A stretch of DNA of 64,000 nt from Candidatus Aenigmatarchaeota archaeon. GTDB lineage: Archaea > Aenigmatarchaeota > Aenigmatarchaeia > PWEA01. The DNA lies in assembly GCA_046539325.1 (NCBI GenBank), contig JBKHHD010000003.1, positions 843-64,842 on the forward strand. The letters run 5' to 3'. This document shows, piece by piece, positions 54,843-63,927 of this stretch (positions are counted from its first letter, which is position 1; each line of letters begins with the position of its first letter). The notes under the pieces are model-generated. The model saw only the letters and a list, made by a program, of their open reading frames with translations. It was not told where the DNA came from and did no database searches. Made by a program: the position numbers and the translations under genes.

Positions 54843-55099
54843 TATTCTTCACCTGATTTCTCCAGAACCTTTTCGACCATACTTTTGCCCTTTGTCTTAG
54901 GTCTCCATGCACCGCCTGCTATCTTGTTACCGCACTTCTTGCATTTCCATATACCCTTGGCCTCTCTTTTCAAGGCTTCCGATCCACACTCAGGACACTC
55001 GTGTTTATCCTTTTGATCCTTCTCTATCTCAGATACCTTGCTCCTTATCCTCTTACCGTACCTTGCTCCGTATCTCTTTCCACTGTCGTTATCGGCCAT
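54842..55099 (-). CDS. rpl37ae: 50S ribosomal protein L37Ae (eL43)
   Basis: MADNDSGKRYGARYGKRIR...HECPECGSEALKREAKGIWKCKKCGNKIAGGAW. The ORF-track start at 55252 would overlap rrp42. Confidence 0.85.
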   Translation of the reverse strand: MADNDSGKRYGARYGKRIRSKVSEIEKDQKDKHECPECGSEALKREAKGIWKCKKCGNKIAGGAWRPKTKGKSMVEKVLEKSGEE

Positions 55100-55106
55100 A
55101 CTACCA

Positions 55107-55877
55107 CTAGATAAGCTTTCTAAGGTCTGAAGACTTTTCCTTTGCCAGCTCGAAAATCTCAAGCAGCTCTTCCTTCTGGAAGCCTCCATTGCCTCTCTTC
55201 TGAAGCGAGCAAAGTTCTTCTTTGGTCCAAGTAACTGTAACCATACCGTCAACCACCTTTTCCTCGACTAGGCCTGGGTCAACAATGTAGTTGTCATCTA
55301 CCTTGCCTATAGTACAGGCAATCGGAGTTTTAAGAACTTCAAAGTCCTCCTCCTCATCACGAAGCACTTCACCGTCATCGTAACCTGGCATCTTGGCTTC
55401 CTTAAGAGCCTTTATAGCTCCAAGAGCAGAGGCATCCATTAGGTTTCCATTGTGGTCAAGGACATGTATGTCAACCATGACCTTCCAGACCTTCTCGCCT
55501 TCCTCGATACATAGCTCTTCAAGAGGAATTGCTTCACATTCCCTCAAACCTCTGTCTATAACTCTTGCGAGCTCGGTCGCGTCTTTTCCTGGCGGTCCTG
55601 ACTCAAAGTCAGGCGAAGCCATAGGCCCAAGCTCTGCGTTAACCATCAACATTCCTTCATCAGGAGTGTCTGGGAACGGCTCACCTAAGCCAAACTTGAC
55701 GCCAACTATAACCTTCGTGTCTCCAAGAACAACTTTTGCACTTCCTTCGGCTTTTTTGGCTACTCCTGTCTCTATTTCTATGTCTCTGAACTCTTCCAGA
55801 TCTCTATCATCGGTCCTTTCACCGCTTTTTATACTGTCTAAAGCAGCCTCTTCTTCAATTTCAGTTATCTCCATCAT
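55107..55877 (-). CDS. rrp42: Exosome complex component Rrp42
   Basis: Inactive RNase PH-like subunit. RTDDRDLEEFRDIEIETGV...GSAKVVLGDTKVIVGVK. 4-nt overlap with rrp41. Confidence 0.85.
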   Translation of the reverse strand: MMEITEIEEEAALDSIKSGERTDDRDLEEFRDIEIETGVAKKAEGSAKVVLGDTKVIVGVKFGLGEPFPDTPDEGMLMVNAELGPMASPDFESGPPGKDATELARVIDRGLRECEAIPLEELCIEEGEKVWKVMVDIHVLDHNGNLMDASALGAIKALKEAKMPGYDDGEVLRDEEEDFEVLKTPIACTIGKVDDNYIVDPGLVEEKVVDGMVTVTWTKEELCSLQKRGNGGFQKEELLEIFELAKEKSSDLRKLI

Positions 55878-56590
55878 TTTTTATCCCCAAATGTTTCCAT
55901 TAAAGCTTCTCTTTGTTTTTCAGCAACTTTTTTACAACCACCTATTGCTAGGTCAAGCATCTCGTCCATCTCATCTACGTTAGTCATTCCGTCCATCTGC
56001 AATAGAGTTATCTCGCCTGTATCCGTGTTCATCGCTATCGGCAGATCAACCTGCCCGTCCTTGTCTTCCTCGCCTTTCAGATCAAGTACAGGCGTGTCCT
56101 CAATCTTGCCTGATGCACAGGCAGAAATCAGGCCCTTCATGGGTATTCCTGCATCGGCAAGGGCTATAGCTCCTGCATTCAGAGCAACACATCTCGTTCC
56201 TGCATCAGCAGAAATGACCTCCATGTAGACATCGATAGTAGCTGTCGGGAACTCCTCCAAAAATACTATGGAAGAAAGTGCTCCTTCAGCAACCTTTCCA
56301 ATTTCTTTACCCCTTCTCGAAGGACCTGGCCTTTTCCTGTCGTCTACAGAAAAAGGAGCCAGATTGTATCTACATTGAATAATTCCTCTTTGTGGCTTTT
56401 GCTTGTGTTTTGGATGCAGCTCCCTTGGACCAAAGACGGAAGCAATTACTTCTGTGCCTCCCATTCGGAAGTATCCTGAGCCGTCGGCTCTTTTTAAAAT
56501 TCCTGCCTCGGCTTCCATGTCCCTGAGCTCATCCTTAGCTCTACCGTCGATCCTTTTACCATCTTTCAAAAGCTCTTTATTTTCGCTCAT
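55874..56590 (-). CDS. rrp41: Exosome complex exonuclease Rrp41
   Basis: RNase PH core RADGSGYFRMGGTEVIASVFGPRE. Phosphate-binding GPSRRGKE. DAGTRCVALNAG. Confidence 0.9.
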   Translation of the reverse strand: MSENKELLKDGKRIDGRAKDELRDMEAEAGILKRADGSGYFRMGGTEVIASVFGPRELHPKHKQKPQRGIIQCRYNLAPFSVDDRKRPGPSRRGKEIGKVAEGALSSIVFLEEFPTATIDVYMEVISADAGTRCVALNAGAIALADAGIPMKGLISACASGKIEDTPVLDLKGEEDKDGQVDLPIAMNTDTGEITLLQMDGMTNVDEMDEMLDLAIGGCKKVAEKQREALMETFGDKK

Positions 56591-56594
56591 ATTA

Positions 56595-57269
56595 TCACCT
56601 TTTTTTCAGTATTTTTTCTACTTTGTCCGTTAGACCTCTTTCATGGCCTCTTTTATCCACCGTTCTAACTGCCTCAGCAGCAAGATCTTCGTCGCCGCCG
56701 TTGACCCAAACAATTCCGTTCTGGCCGATGATTATTCTTGAGTCAGTTTTGTCCTTTATCATCTCCACCATCGATCCACCTTTGCCTATAAGCCTTGGAA
56801 CCTTGCTTGGACTTATCCTTATAAGCCTTCCTCCTGTAAGCTTCTTGCATATTCTGTCCTGCATCGAAAGCTTGACGTCCTTCTCGCTGGTTACCTTTAT
56901 AACTTCCGTGTAGATCATGTCACCGATATCGTAGACATCGGAAAGCTCCGTTTCATCAAGGTCTATGAACTCGTCGGAACCTTCTGCCAGAGACAGATAA
57001 CCGTCGTATGGCGAATCAAGCTCAACCCACCAGTGGCTTGGTCCAATACCTGTAATCCTTCCAATTACATTGTCACCTTCCTGTGGGATGTAACCTCCAC
57101 TCAGAGGTATTACTCTCATCCTATTTTTCTTTGTCCTTGCAACTCCGAGGACCTTAGATTTTACCTTTTCGTTTTCTTTGTAAGTACCTCTTCCCGAAAG
57201 CACATCACCTTCAGCTATTACGTCTCCGGGAAGTACGTTCGATTTATCTTCAACTAGTTTTTGTCCCAT
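56595..57269 (-). CDS. rrp4: Exosome RNA-binding subunit Rrp4 (S1 + KH)
   Basis: N-terminal VLPGDVIAEGD, S1 region, KH GKGGSMVEMIKDKT. Confidence 0.85.
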   Translation of the reverse strand: MGQKLVEDKSNVLPGDVIAEGDVLSGRGTYKENEKVKSKVLGVARTKKNRMRVIPLSGGYIPQEGDNVIGRITGIGPSHWWVELDSPYDGYLSLAEGSDEFIDLDETELSDVYDIGDMIYTEVIKVTSEKDVKLSMQDRICKKLTGGRLIRISPSKVPRLIGKGGSMVEMIKDKTDSRIIIGQNGIVWVNGGDEDLAAEAVRTVDKRGHERGLTDKVEKILKKR

Positions 57270-57282
57270 TTAATTCACCTCA

Positions 57283-57981
57283 TCAATCATCTATTATTTT
57301 AGTTTCAACTTCACCTTTTGTTACTGAATTCGCCTTCTTATAAAACTTGTCCTGTAAACCTGCAGGCATTTTTACTACAGCCCTCCACGAACCGTCGTTC
57401 CCCCAGTCCTCTTTTTCTATCTCCCCTATATCTCTCAGTTTTCCAGAGGCCTCGCCAGCATGGTCAGCTGGAACGCGAATCGCTATCTTGACCTCCTCCA
57501 CGGATATAGGCAGTATAGCCTTTATTTCGTCCAGCGCCTCCTTAACCTGCTCCTCAACACTCCTCATCTCATCGACGTGTATCCCTGCTTCGTCCATCGC
57601 GTTCTTTATCCTCTTTGGAGGATGTGGCTTACCCGTCTGTGGATTAACTGCGCGCCGGGCTATGGTCGACGCGATTTCCTTCCTCATCTCCTCCCGCATC
57701 TCTCTTCTCTGTTCAGTTGTAATCTGAACTTCCCCATTCCTTATAATCTCGTAAACTATCTCCTTTATATCGTTGGTTCCGAATACCTTGTTGAGCTCGT
57801 CGTCACCGACCCTCTTGCCCTTTTCCGCGTCTTCAAAAACTTCGTCCGCGGCTATCAGATCGTCTAGATCCACATTCTCGCCGTCCTTGACTTCAAGCGC
57901 GTTGTCAGGATCGACGAGCACCTCAAAATGCTCTCCATGTGAGTCAAGACGAGCTATCACCGCATCGTCAACAGATATCAT
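57283..57981 (-). CDS. sbds: Ribosome maturation protein SBDS homolog
   Basis: N-terminal FYSH-like ARLDSHGEHFEVLVDPDNALEVKDG...DEVFEDAEKGKRVGDDELNKVFGT. Conserved superoperon position. Confidence 0.85.
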   Translation of the reverse strand: MISVDDAVIARLDSHGEHFEVLVDPDNALEVKDGENVDLDDLIAADEVFEDAEKGKRVGDDELNKVFGTNDIKEIVYEIIRNGEVQITTEQRREMREEMRKEIASTIARRAVNPQTGKPHPPKRIKNAMDEAGIHVDEMRSVEEQVKEALDEIKAILPISVEEVKIAIRVPADHAGEASGKLRDIGEIEKEDWGNDGSWRAVVKMPAGLQDKFYKKANSVTKGEVETKIIDD

Positions 57982-57985
57982 CGGA

Positions 57986-58693
57986 TCACAGGAGCCCTTC
58001 GCACTCCTCCTGATCTGAGTATCGGAAACCGTCTTCCTCTGTAACTACTGCCATCTTGACAGTGTTCTTGTTCATGTTGGTCTTACCCTCTGAAAGTACT
58101 TCAACAGCAAGCTCCTTCGCTTCATCCTCTGAAAGCCCTTCTTCCCACTTTTCCTCAAGAAGCTCTTCGCCGCCTTGTCTTCCTTTGCCAATGACCTGTG
58201 CGTTCCATCCGTAGATGTCGCCACCCACGTCTGTTTCGAAGATCATAGGCTCGCCTTTGTAGACGCCACCAACCAAGAAAGAAACTCCCATCGGCCTCAG
58301 ACCTCCGTACTGTGTATGCTGCTGCTTGAAGTCGCCTATCTCTTCAGCCAAAGATCTCACATCTATCTTCTCCTGATATGAAATTCTGTACACCTGTGCC
58401 TGTTGCCTTGCGTTGTTCACAAGAACTCTTGTGTCGCCGACCAAACCAGCTGATACAGCACCTACATGCTCGTCCAACTGGTGTACCTTCCTGCTACCTC
58501 TATCATCGGAAAGCTTGTCACAAGGCCTTAGACCAGCTAGCACAACGCCGTCTTCGAACTTCAAGGCTGTGCATGTAGCGGCTCTCTTTATGGCTTCTCT
58601 TGCGTACTCTACCTGAAAAAGACGTCCGTCAGGTGAGAAGGTAACGATAGCTCTATCGTAACCCATTTTCCCTTGTTTTTGCATCATTCCCAT
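57986..58693 (-). CDS. psmA: Proteasome subunit alpha
   Basis: YDRAIVTFSPDGRLFQVEYA N-terminal signature. Confidence 0.9.
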   Translation of the reverse strand: MGMMQKQGKMGYDRAIVTFSPDGRLFQVEYAREAIKRAATCTALKFEDGVVLAGLRPCDKLSDDRGSRKVHQLDEHVGAVSAGLVGDTRVLVNNARQQAQVYRISYQEKIDVRSLAEEIGDFKQQHTQYGGLRPMGVSFLVGGVYKGEPMIFETDVGGDIYGWNAQVIGKGRQGGEELLEEKWEEGLSEDEAKELAVEVLSEGKTNMNKNTVKMAVVTEEDGFRYSDQEECEGLL

Positions 58694-58828
58694 GATTGTT
58701 CACCAATTTACCTATTATTGAAATGGCTAGAATTGCCACATCTCTCTTTTTTCCAAATACTTATTACACCCAACCTTTAAAAGTTTTTACACGATAAGAA
58801 ACCGATCCCAAACAGCTATAACTAAATA

Positions 58829-59533
58829 CTAGCTCTTCTTTTTCTGGTAAAAATCACAGATTTTGCTGAGCAAGCACTCGCCACACAAGGGTTTTCTTGC
58901 TTTACAGATCTCCCTACCGTGTTTTATCAGATTTATGTGAAACTCCTGCTTCCTTTCTCCTGGAATCTTCTCCTCAAGAATTTCGTGTGCCTTTTCCCTT
59001 GTACTTTTCTCAGGAATCAGTCCAAGGCGCTTAGTAACGCGAAAAACATGTGTATCAACCGGAAACGCTTCCTTTCCGAAGGTAAAGTTTAGGATAACAG
59101 CAGCGCTCTTTGGACCTATGCCAGGAAGCTCTCTCAACCACTGCTTCGCCTCCTCTACATCCATTTCATCCAGAAAGTCGAGAGTGAGCTCTCCGCGCTC
59201 CTCCTTTATCCTTTCAAGGCACTCTTTCATCCTCTTCCCTTTTGTGTTATGAAGGCCAGCCACGGAGATAACCTCTGAAACCTCTTCGACCTCTGCTTCC
59301 ATTATATCTTCAGGGTCATTGAACTTCTCAGTAAGCTTCCTGTAAGCTCTGTCTCTGTTCACGTCGTTGGTGTTCTGCGACAGAATTACCTGTATCAAAG
59401 ACTGTATAGGATCTCCTCTACCTGAAACTTGCGGAACGCCGTATTCCTCTCTCAAAAGGTTCATTACTTTGTTAAGCTTCGCCATGTTACCAAAGTTCCA
59501 TTCTACAAATTTAAACTTCAACCCAGTTGCCAA
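58829..59533 (-). CDS. nth: Endonuclease III-like HhH-GPD DNA glycosylase with a 4Fe-4S cluster
   Basis: HhH LPGIGPKSAAVIL. Asp-loop FPVDTHVFRV. CKARKPLCGECLLSKIC. Confidence 0.85.
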   Translation of the reverse strand: MATGLKFKFVEWNFGNMAKLNKVMNLLREEYGVPQVSGRGDPIQSLIQVILSQNTNDVNRDRAYRKLTEKFNDPEDIMEAEVEEVSEVISVAGLHNTKGKRMKECLERIKEERGELTLDFLDEMDVEEAKQWLRELPGIGPKSAAVILNFTFGKEAFPVDTHVFRVTKRLGLIPEKSTREKAHEILEEKIPGERKQEFHINLIKHGREICKARKPLCGECLLSKICDFYQKKKS

Positions 59534-59576
59534 GTAAACTTTTTAACTCCAGATAAAAAGAAGTCTAATGTCGAAG

Positions 59577-59661
59577 GCGGGGGTACCCAAGTGGCCGAAG
59601 GGGCAGCGTTGAGGGCGCTGTGCACGTAGGTGCTTCGTCGGTTCGAATCCGGCCCCCCGCA
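59577..59661 (+). tRNA. tRNA-Leu (anticodon GAG). No encoded CCA
   Basis: Acceptor GCGGGGG/CCCCCGC. 3-bp D-stem CCC/GGG. Anticodon arm CAGCG-TTGAGGG-CGCTG. Long variable arm GCAC-GTAG-GTGC. T-arm GTCGG-TTCGAAT-CCGGC. Confidence 0.85.
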
Positions 59662-59705
59662 TCAGTAACCTCTTCTAAAACTGTAAAATAAAAGAGAATG
59701 AAGAA

Positions 59706-59849
59706 TGGTCCCCCGACCGTGATTTGAACACGGGGCCTGTCGGTATCGGCAGAGGCGCTAATCCAAGGCACCAAATCAAAATACCGAAGAGTTATCATCT
59801 CCGGTGCCCGTCTACAGCCGACCGCTCTGCCAGCCTGAGCTATCGGGGG
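59706..59849 (-). tRNA. tRNA-Tyr (anticodon GTA) with a ~67-nt intron at 37/38. CCA encoded
   Basis: Minus-strand read. Acceptor CCCCCGA/TCGGGGG, so a C1:G72 pair. D-arm GCTC-AGGCTGGCA-GAGC. Anticodon stem GTCGG/CCGAC. Loop CTGTAG[intron]A. T-arm CCGTG-TTCAAAT-CACGG. Confidence 0.75.
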
Positions 59850-59929
59850 ACTGGACTTAGTTTTGTGGAATACCTTTATTTAACTTTTGGTGCCGGAAGG
59901 CTTTTATTCCTCTGTGGGAAAATAAAGGC

Positions 59930-60364
59930 ATGGAGAAAAGGTTTGAGATCATAGAGGATGAGGCAACTGCAGATATAGCCTACAGAGCTTATGGAGAGAC
60001 TCTGGAAGAGATGTACGAGAGCGCGGCCCTCGGTCTCTTCGACATAATAACCGACATCGAGGACGTAAATACACTACAAACAGACCTGATAACAGTTTCA
60101 GCCGAGGACCGAGAAGCTCTGTTGCTGGACTTCCTAAATGAGCTCCTGTACAGATGGGACGTGGACAAGGTCCTGTTTTCGAAATTCTCCTGTGATCTTC
60201 AAACAAAGGACGGGAGTTTGGAACTCTCCGCGAACTGCGAAGGGGAGAAGTTCGACGCCGAAAGACATGAAAACAGAGTCGAGGTCAAGGCAGTCACCTA
60301 CTTCGGGATGGAGATCCAAGAAGAAGAGGGAGTTTGGACCGGAAAGATAACCATCGACGTCTGA
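59930..60364 (+). CDS. Archease (RtcB activator)
   Basis: FEIIEDEATADIAYRAYGETLEE...VKAVTYFGMEIQEEEGVWTGKITIDV. Confidence 0.85.
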   Translation: MEKRFEIIEDEATADIAYRAYGETLEEMYESAALGLFDIITDIEDVNTLQTDLITVSAEDREALLLDFLNELLYRWDVDKVLFSKFSCDLQTKDGSLELSANCEGEKFDAERHENRVEVKAVTYFGMEIQEEEGVWTGKITIDV

Positions 60365-60417
60365 CTGTCGGAAGAATTTAAATATCCCCATTCAACTAAT
60401 AGTACGGGGTGGCTTAA

Positions 60418-60900
60418 TTGAAGACCTACATGACTATCTACTTTAACTCGGACGGAAAGAGACCTTCTGATGTAGTCAAAAAGCTCGAGGACCTTGGTTT
60501 CGAGCTCAACAGAGGAGACTACGATTTCATATATGACTGGGATGAAGAGACCTCTCTGGACCACATAATGAGCCTCGGTGACAACATAAAGGAACTTCTG
60601 AAAGGAGACAAGGTTCTCTTCGAAATAAAGACAAGTGAAGGCGAAGAGGAGGAAGAAGAGGGGGAGATGAGGACCTATATGAAGCTTGTCTTCAGCGCCG
60701 AAGAAGGAAAATCTCCTACCGATACAGACGACATCATTGCTGACCTTGTCGATATAGGCTTCGAGCCCATAAAGGGAAGTTACGATTACGTTTACAGATG
60801 GCCAGAATCCGTAGACGTCGACGCAATACTTGAAGTAGCTGACAGGGTTTACGATTCTCTCAGGGGCTGCGGCGTGTACTTCAAGCTGAAGACCGTGTAG
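60418..60900 (+). CDS. Uncharacterised acidic protein made of two tandem ~75-aa repeats. TTG start
   Basis: Repeat 1 MKTYMTIYFNSDGKRPSDVVKKLEDLGFELNRGDYDFIYDWDEE. Repeat 2 MRTYMKLVFSAEEGKSPTDTDDIIADLVDIGFEPIKGSYDYVYRWPES. GGGGTGG RBS upstream of the TTG. Lies between archease and rtcB. Confidence 0.55.
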   Translation: MKTYMTIYFNSDGKRPSDVVKKLEDLGFELNRGDYDFIYDWDEETSLDHIMSLGDNIKELLKGDKVLFEIKTSEGEEEEEEGEMRTYMKLVFSAEEGKSPTDTDDIIADLVDIGFEPIKGSYDYVYRWPESVDVDAILEVADRVYDSLRGCGVYFKLKTV

Positions 60901-60916
60901 TTCTGAAGGTGAAAGT

Positions 60917-62350
60917 ATGGTAGATCTAAATAAGATAAACAAAAACACATGGGAAATTCCCAAGGAAGATGGAATGAACGTCCCTGGAAGAGTATACGCT
61001 TCCGAGGAACTTCTTCAGCAGATAAAGGAGGATAAAACTCTCGAGCAGATAAAGAACGTTGCCCATCTTCCTGGTATTTACAATTACTCTATAGCAATGC
61101 CTGACGCCCATCAGGGCTACGGATTCCCTATAGGAGGTGTAGCGGCCTTGGACGTGGGAGAAGGCGGAATAAGTCCTGGGGGTGTCGGCTACGATATCAA
61201 CTGCGGCATTCGCCTGGTAAAAACTCCGCTGAAGGTTGATGATGTAAGAAATAGGCTCAAGGAACTCATAAACGTACTTTTCCAAAGAGTTCCTTCGGGC
61301 GTCGGAAAGAGTTCTACAATTTCTCTTGACAAGAACGACCTCGAAGACGTTATAGAAAACGGTGCAAAATGGGCCGTTGAAAACGGATACGGCATTAAAG
61401 AAGACCTGAAAAATCTGGAAGAGAACGGGAGGATGAAAGAAGCTGATGCCTCCGAGGTCTCGGATAAGGCTATGAACCGTGGAAAGGAACAGGTAGGATG
61501 TCTTGGCGCAGGAAACCATTTTCTTGAGGTGGAGAAGGTAGGAAATATAGATAATGAAAAAGTTGCGAAGGAGTTTGGCATGGAAGAAGATCAGGTGTGT
61601 GTCATGATCCACACCGGTTCAAGAGGTTTCGGCCACCAGGTCTGCACAGATTATCTTCGCGAAACCGAAAAGAAGTACAAGAACGTAGTTCGTAATCTCC
61701 CCGACAAAGAGCTTGTATACGCTCCAGGGGGTTCAAGGATGGCGGAGAGGTACTTCAAGGCGATGAGCTGTGCCGTGAACTTCGCCTTCGCAAACAGACA
61801 GGTAATAATGCATCAGGTAAGGAAAGCCTTCCAGGAAGTCTTCGAACTGGATTACGAGGATCTGGAGCTTGTGTACGGCGTCTGCCACAACGTCGCCAAA
61901 AAGGAAGAGCATGAAGTAAACGGAGAAAGTAAAGAAGTATACGTACATAGAAAGGGCGCGACCCGTGCCTTCCCACCAGGTCACAAAAAGGTGCCGGAAA
62001 ACTACAGGAACGTAGGACAACCCGTTCTCATCCCCGGGAATATGGGTGAAGGAAGCTATCTGCTCCGAGGAACTGAAAAATCTATGGACCTGTCCTTTGG
62101 AACTGCACCACACGGCTCAGGAAGGATCATGTCCCGAACAAAGGCAAAGGGAGAGTTCTGGGGCGAAACCGTGGCCAAAGATCTGAAGAAGAAAAAGGAC
62201 ATACTAGTCAAGGCGGCATCAATGCCTGTCGTCGCCGAGGAAGCTCCAGGAGCATACAAGAACCTCAAGGAGGTCGTAGAAGCTTCACATGATTTAGGCG
62301 TGGCAGAGAAGGTTTTGAAACTGGATCCTATGGGTGTCATAAAGGGCTGA
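60917..62350 (+). CDS. rtcB: RNA-splicing ligase RtcB
   Basis: GGVGYDINCGIRLV, GAGNHFLEV, HTGSRGFGHQV, NVGQPVLIPGNMG, APHGSGR. Confidence 0.93.
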   Translation: MVDLNKINKNTWEIPKEDGMNVPGRVYASEELLQQIKEDKTLEQIKNVAHLPGIYNYSIAMPDAHQGYGFPIGGVAALDVGEGGISPGGVGYDINCGIRLVKTPLKVDDVRNRLKELINVLFQRVPSGVGKSSTISLDKNDLEDVIENGAKWAVENGYGIKEDLKNLEENGRMKEADASEVSDKAMNRGKEQVGCLGAGNHFLEVEKVGNIDNEKVAKEFGMEEDQVCVMIHTGSRGFGHQVCTDYLRETEKKYKNVVRNLPDKELVYAPGGSRMAERYFKAMSCAVNFAFANRQVIMHQVRKAFQEVFELDYEDLELVYGVCHNVAKKEEHEVNGESKEVYVHRKGATRAFPPGHKKVPENYRNVGQPVLIPGNMGEGSYLLRGTEKSMDLSFGTAPHGSGRIMSRTKAKGEFWGETVAKDLKKKKDILVKAASMPVVAEEAPGAYKNLKEVVEASHDLGVAEKVLKLDPMGVIKG

Positions 62351-62406
62351 ACACAAAAGGTTTTAAAGTTCTAACCTACTAATCTTTATAATAGTTTCAG
62401 ATAAAT

Positions 62407-63081
62407 ATGAGCATAGAAAGAATCGAGACAGGTATTTCTGGCCTCGATGAACTTCTGAAGGGTGGGATACCAGAGAAAAATATCGTTCTAGTCAGTGGTG
62501 AATCAGGAGCCGGTAAAACTACTTTCTGTTCACAGTTTTTATGGAAAGGTCTTCAAGAAGGAGAAAACTGTATGTTCATATCCTTTGAAGAACCACCCTC
62601 ACAGATAAAGGAGGAGGCAAAGCTATTTGGCTGGGATTTCGAAAGTTATAGTAATCAAATTACTCTCAAAAGCAAGGACCCATTTGACGAAGGAAGTGAA
62701 GACCTCTTCTGGTTCAGAGACGAGCTGCAGAGAAAGGAAATTGACAGGCTCGCAATAGACTCCACATCCATACTTTCTCTATACCACGAAGACCCCTACG
62801 AGGTAAGAAAAGCCATATACGAAATAATCAAGGTTATAAAGGAAACAGGTACTACAGCTGTCCTGACTGCCGAATCACCGACCGGTGAAAAAAGTCTTAC
62901 AAGGCACGATGTAGTTCAATACGCTGTAGACGGCGTTATAGCCCTTTATTTCGAAGGAATAGGTGAGAAAGGTTATAGATCCCTTCAGGTCAGAAAGATG
63001 AGAAAGAGCGATATTTCAACCGAGACAGTCTCTTTTGAAATAACAGACCAAGGCATCGAACTCGGACAGTCAATAGTCTGA
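62407..63081 (+). CDS. KaiC-like single-domain RecA-superfamily ATPase
   Basis: Walker A GESGAGKTTF. KaiC-like FISFEEPPSQI. Confidence 0.8.
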   Translation: MSIERIETGISGLDELLKGGIPEKNIVLVSGESGAGKTTFCSQFLWKGLQEGENCMFISFEEPPSQIKEEAKLFGWDFESYSNQITLKSKDPFDEGSEDLFWFRDELQRKEIDRLAIDSTSILSLYHEDPYEVRKAIYEIIKVIKETGTTAVLTAESPTGEKSLTRHDVVQYAVDGVIALYFEGIGEKGYRSLQVRKMRKSDISTETVSFEITDQGIELGQSIV

Positions 63082-63089
63082 AGTTAAAC

Positions 63090-63866
63090 CTACCTATCCT
63101 CTGTGATTAATAGCCCTTCATTTGTTATTTCTATAGGAAATATCTCTATAGCGTGATCGGTTCTGCGCATCTTCCTTATTTCAAGTGTTCTGTTGTACCT
63201 GTCAGAAATAGGTGTAAACTCCAGCTTTATCACGCTATCTACGAGGTACTCGACTATTCCCCCACCGGTCAACCCCTCGGAAGTTTCCGGTATAGTACCG
63301 ACCAGAAGTGCAGTAACTTCCATTTCTTTGAGCTTCTTTATGAGCGATGATATAACAACCCTGGCCATATACTCGTCCTTTACGAACATCTCTATGAGAG
63401 AGACGGAATCTATAACAACTCTCTGAGCATCTACCTCCTTTATATTTTTCTCGAGATTTTCCATGAAGTCGGAGATATAGCCCCGAACAAGTCTGTTGAG
63501 GTTGTCTATATCGACTGTCGGAAAAACAGGTTTTACGGAATCTATGCGCAAAAGGCCTTGATCTCCTGAGTAATCCATGAGATTCCAATCGAACATCTCC
63601 TTTACGTCTTCAACTACATCTTCTTCGTTCTCCTCGGTAGTAATATAAACTCCAGCCTCGCCGTTCTGGATGCCAGCATATATAAAGGAAGCTGAGAAGG
63701 CCGTCTTACCTGTTCCTGTCTTTCCTGTAACAAGGTTTACTGATCCCTCAAAAAAACCTCCTCCAACCTTTTCGTCAAGATTTTCAACGCCAGTATCTAG
63801 TCTCTTCATCTTACCTTGATAATTAAGTTCCCTTACTTTTATCTCTTTCCTTAGAACAAGGCTCAA
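63090..63866 (-). CDS. KaiC-like single-domain RecA-superfamily ATPase (paralog)
   Basis: Walker A GKTGTGKTAF. YITTEENEED. Convergent with 62407..63081. Confidence 0.8.
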   Translation of the reverse strand: MSLVLRKEIKVRELNYQGKMKRLDTGVENLDEKVGGGFFEGSVNLVTGKTGTGKTAFSASFIYAGIQNGEAGVYITTEENEEDVVEDVKEMFDWNLMDYSGDQGLLRIDSVKPVFPTVDIDNLNRLVRGYISDFMENLEKNIKEVDAQRVVIDSVSLIEMFVKDEYMARVVISSLIKKLKEMEVTALLVGTIPETSEGLTGGGIVEYLVDSVIKLEFTPISDRYNRTLEIRKMRRTDHAIEIFPIEITNEGLLITEDR

Positions 63867-63927
63867 AATATTGCTTTAGGACCGTAATACTTTTTAAAGG
63901 TGGCATGTCAATTGTTGAATTGATACC

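Noticed and set aside
60298-61612. Minus-strand ORFs of 221 aa and 228 aa overlapping archease, the repeat protein and rtcB
   Set aside because: Antisense to rtcB and archease, with non-acidic junk-like composition. The plus-strand 60418..60900 ORF has an internal duplication and an RBS, so it is the real gene
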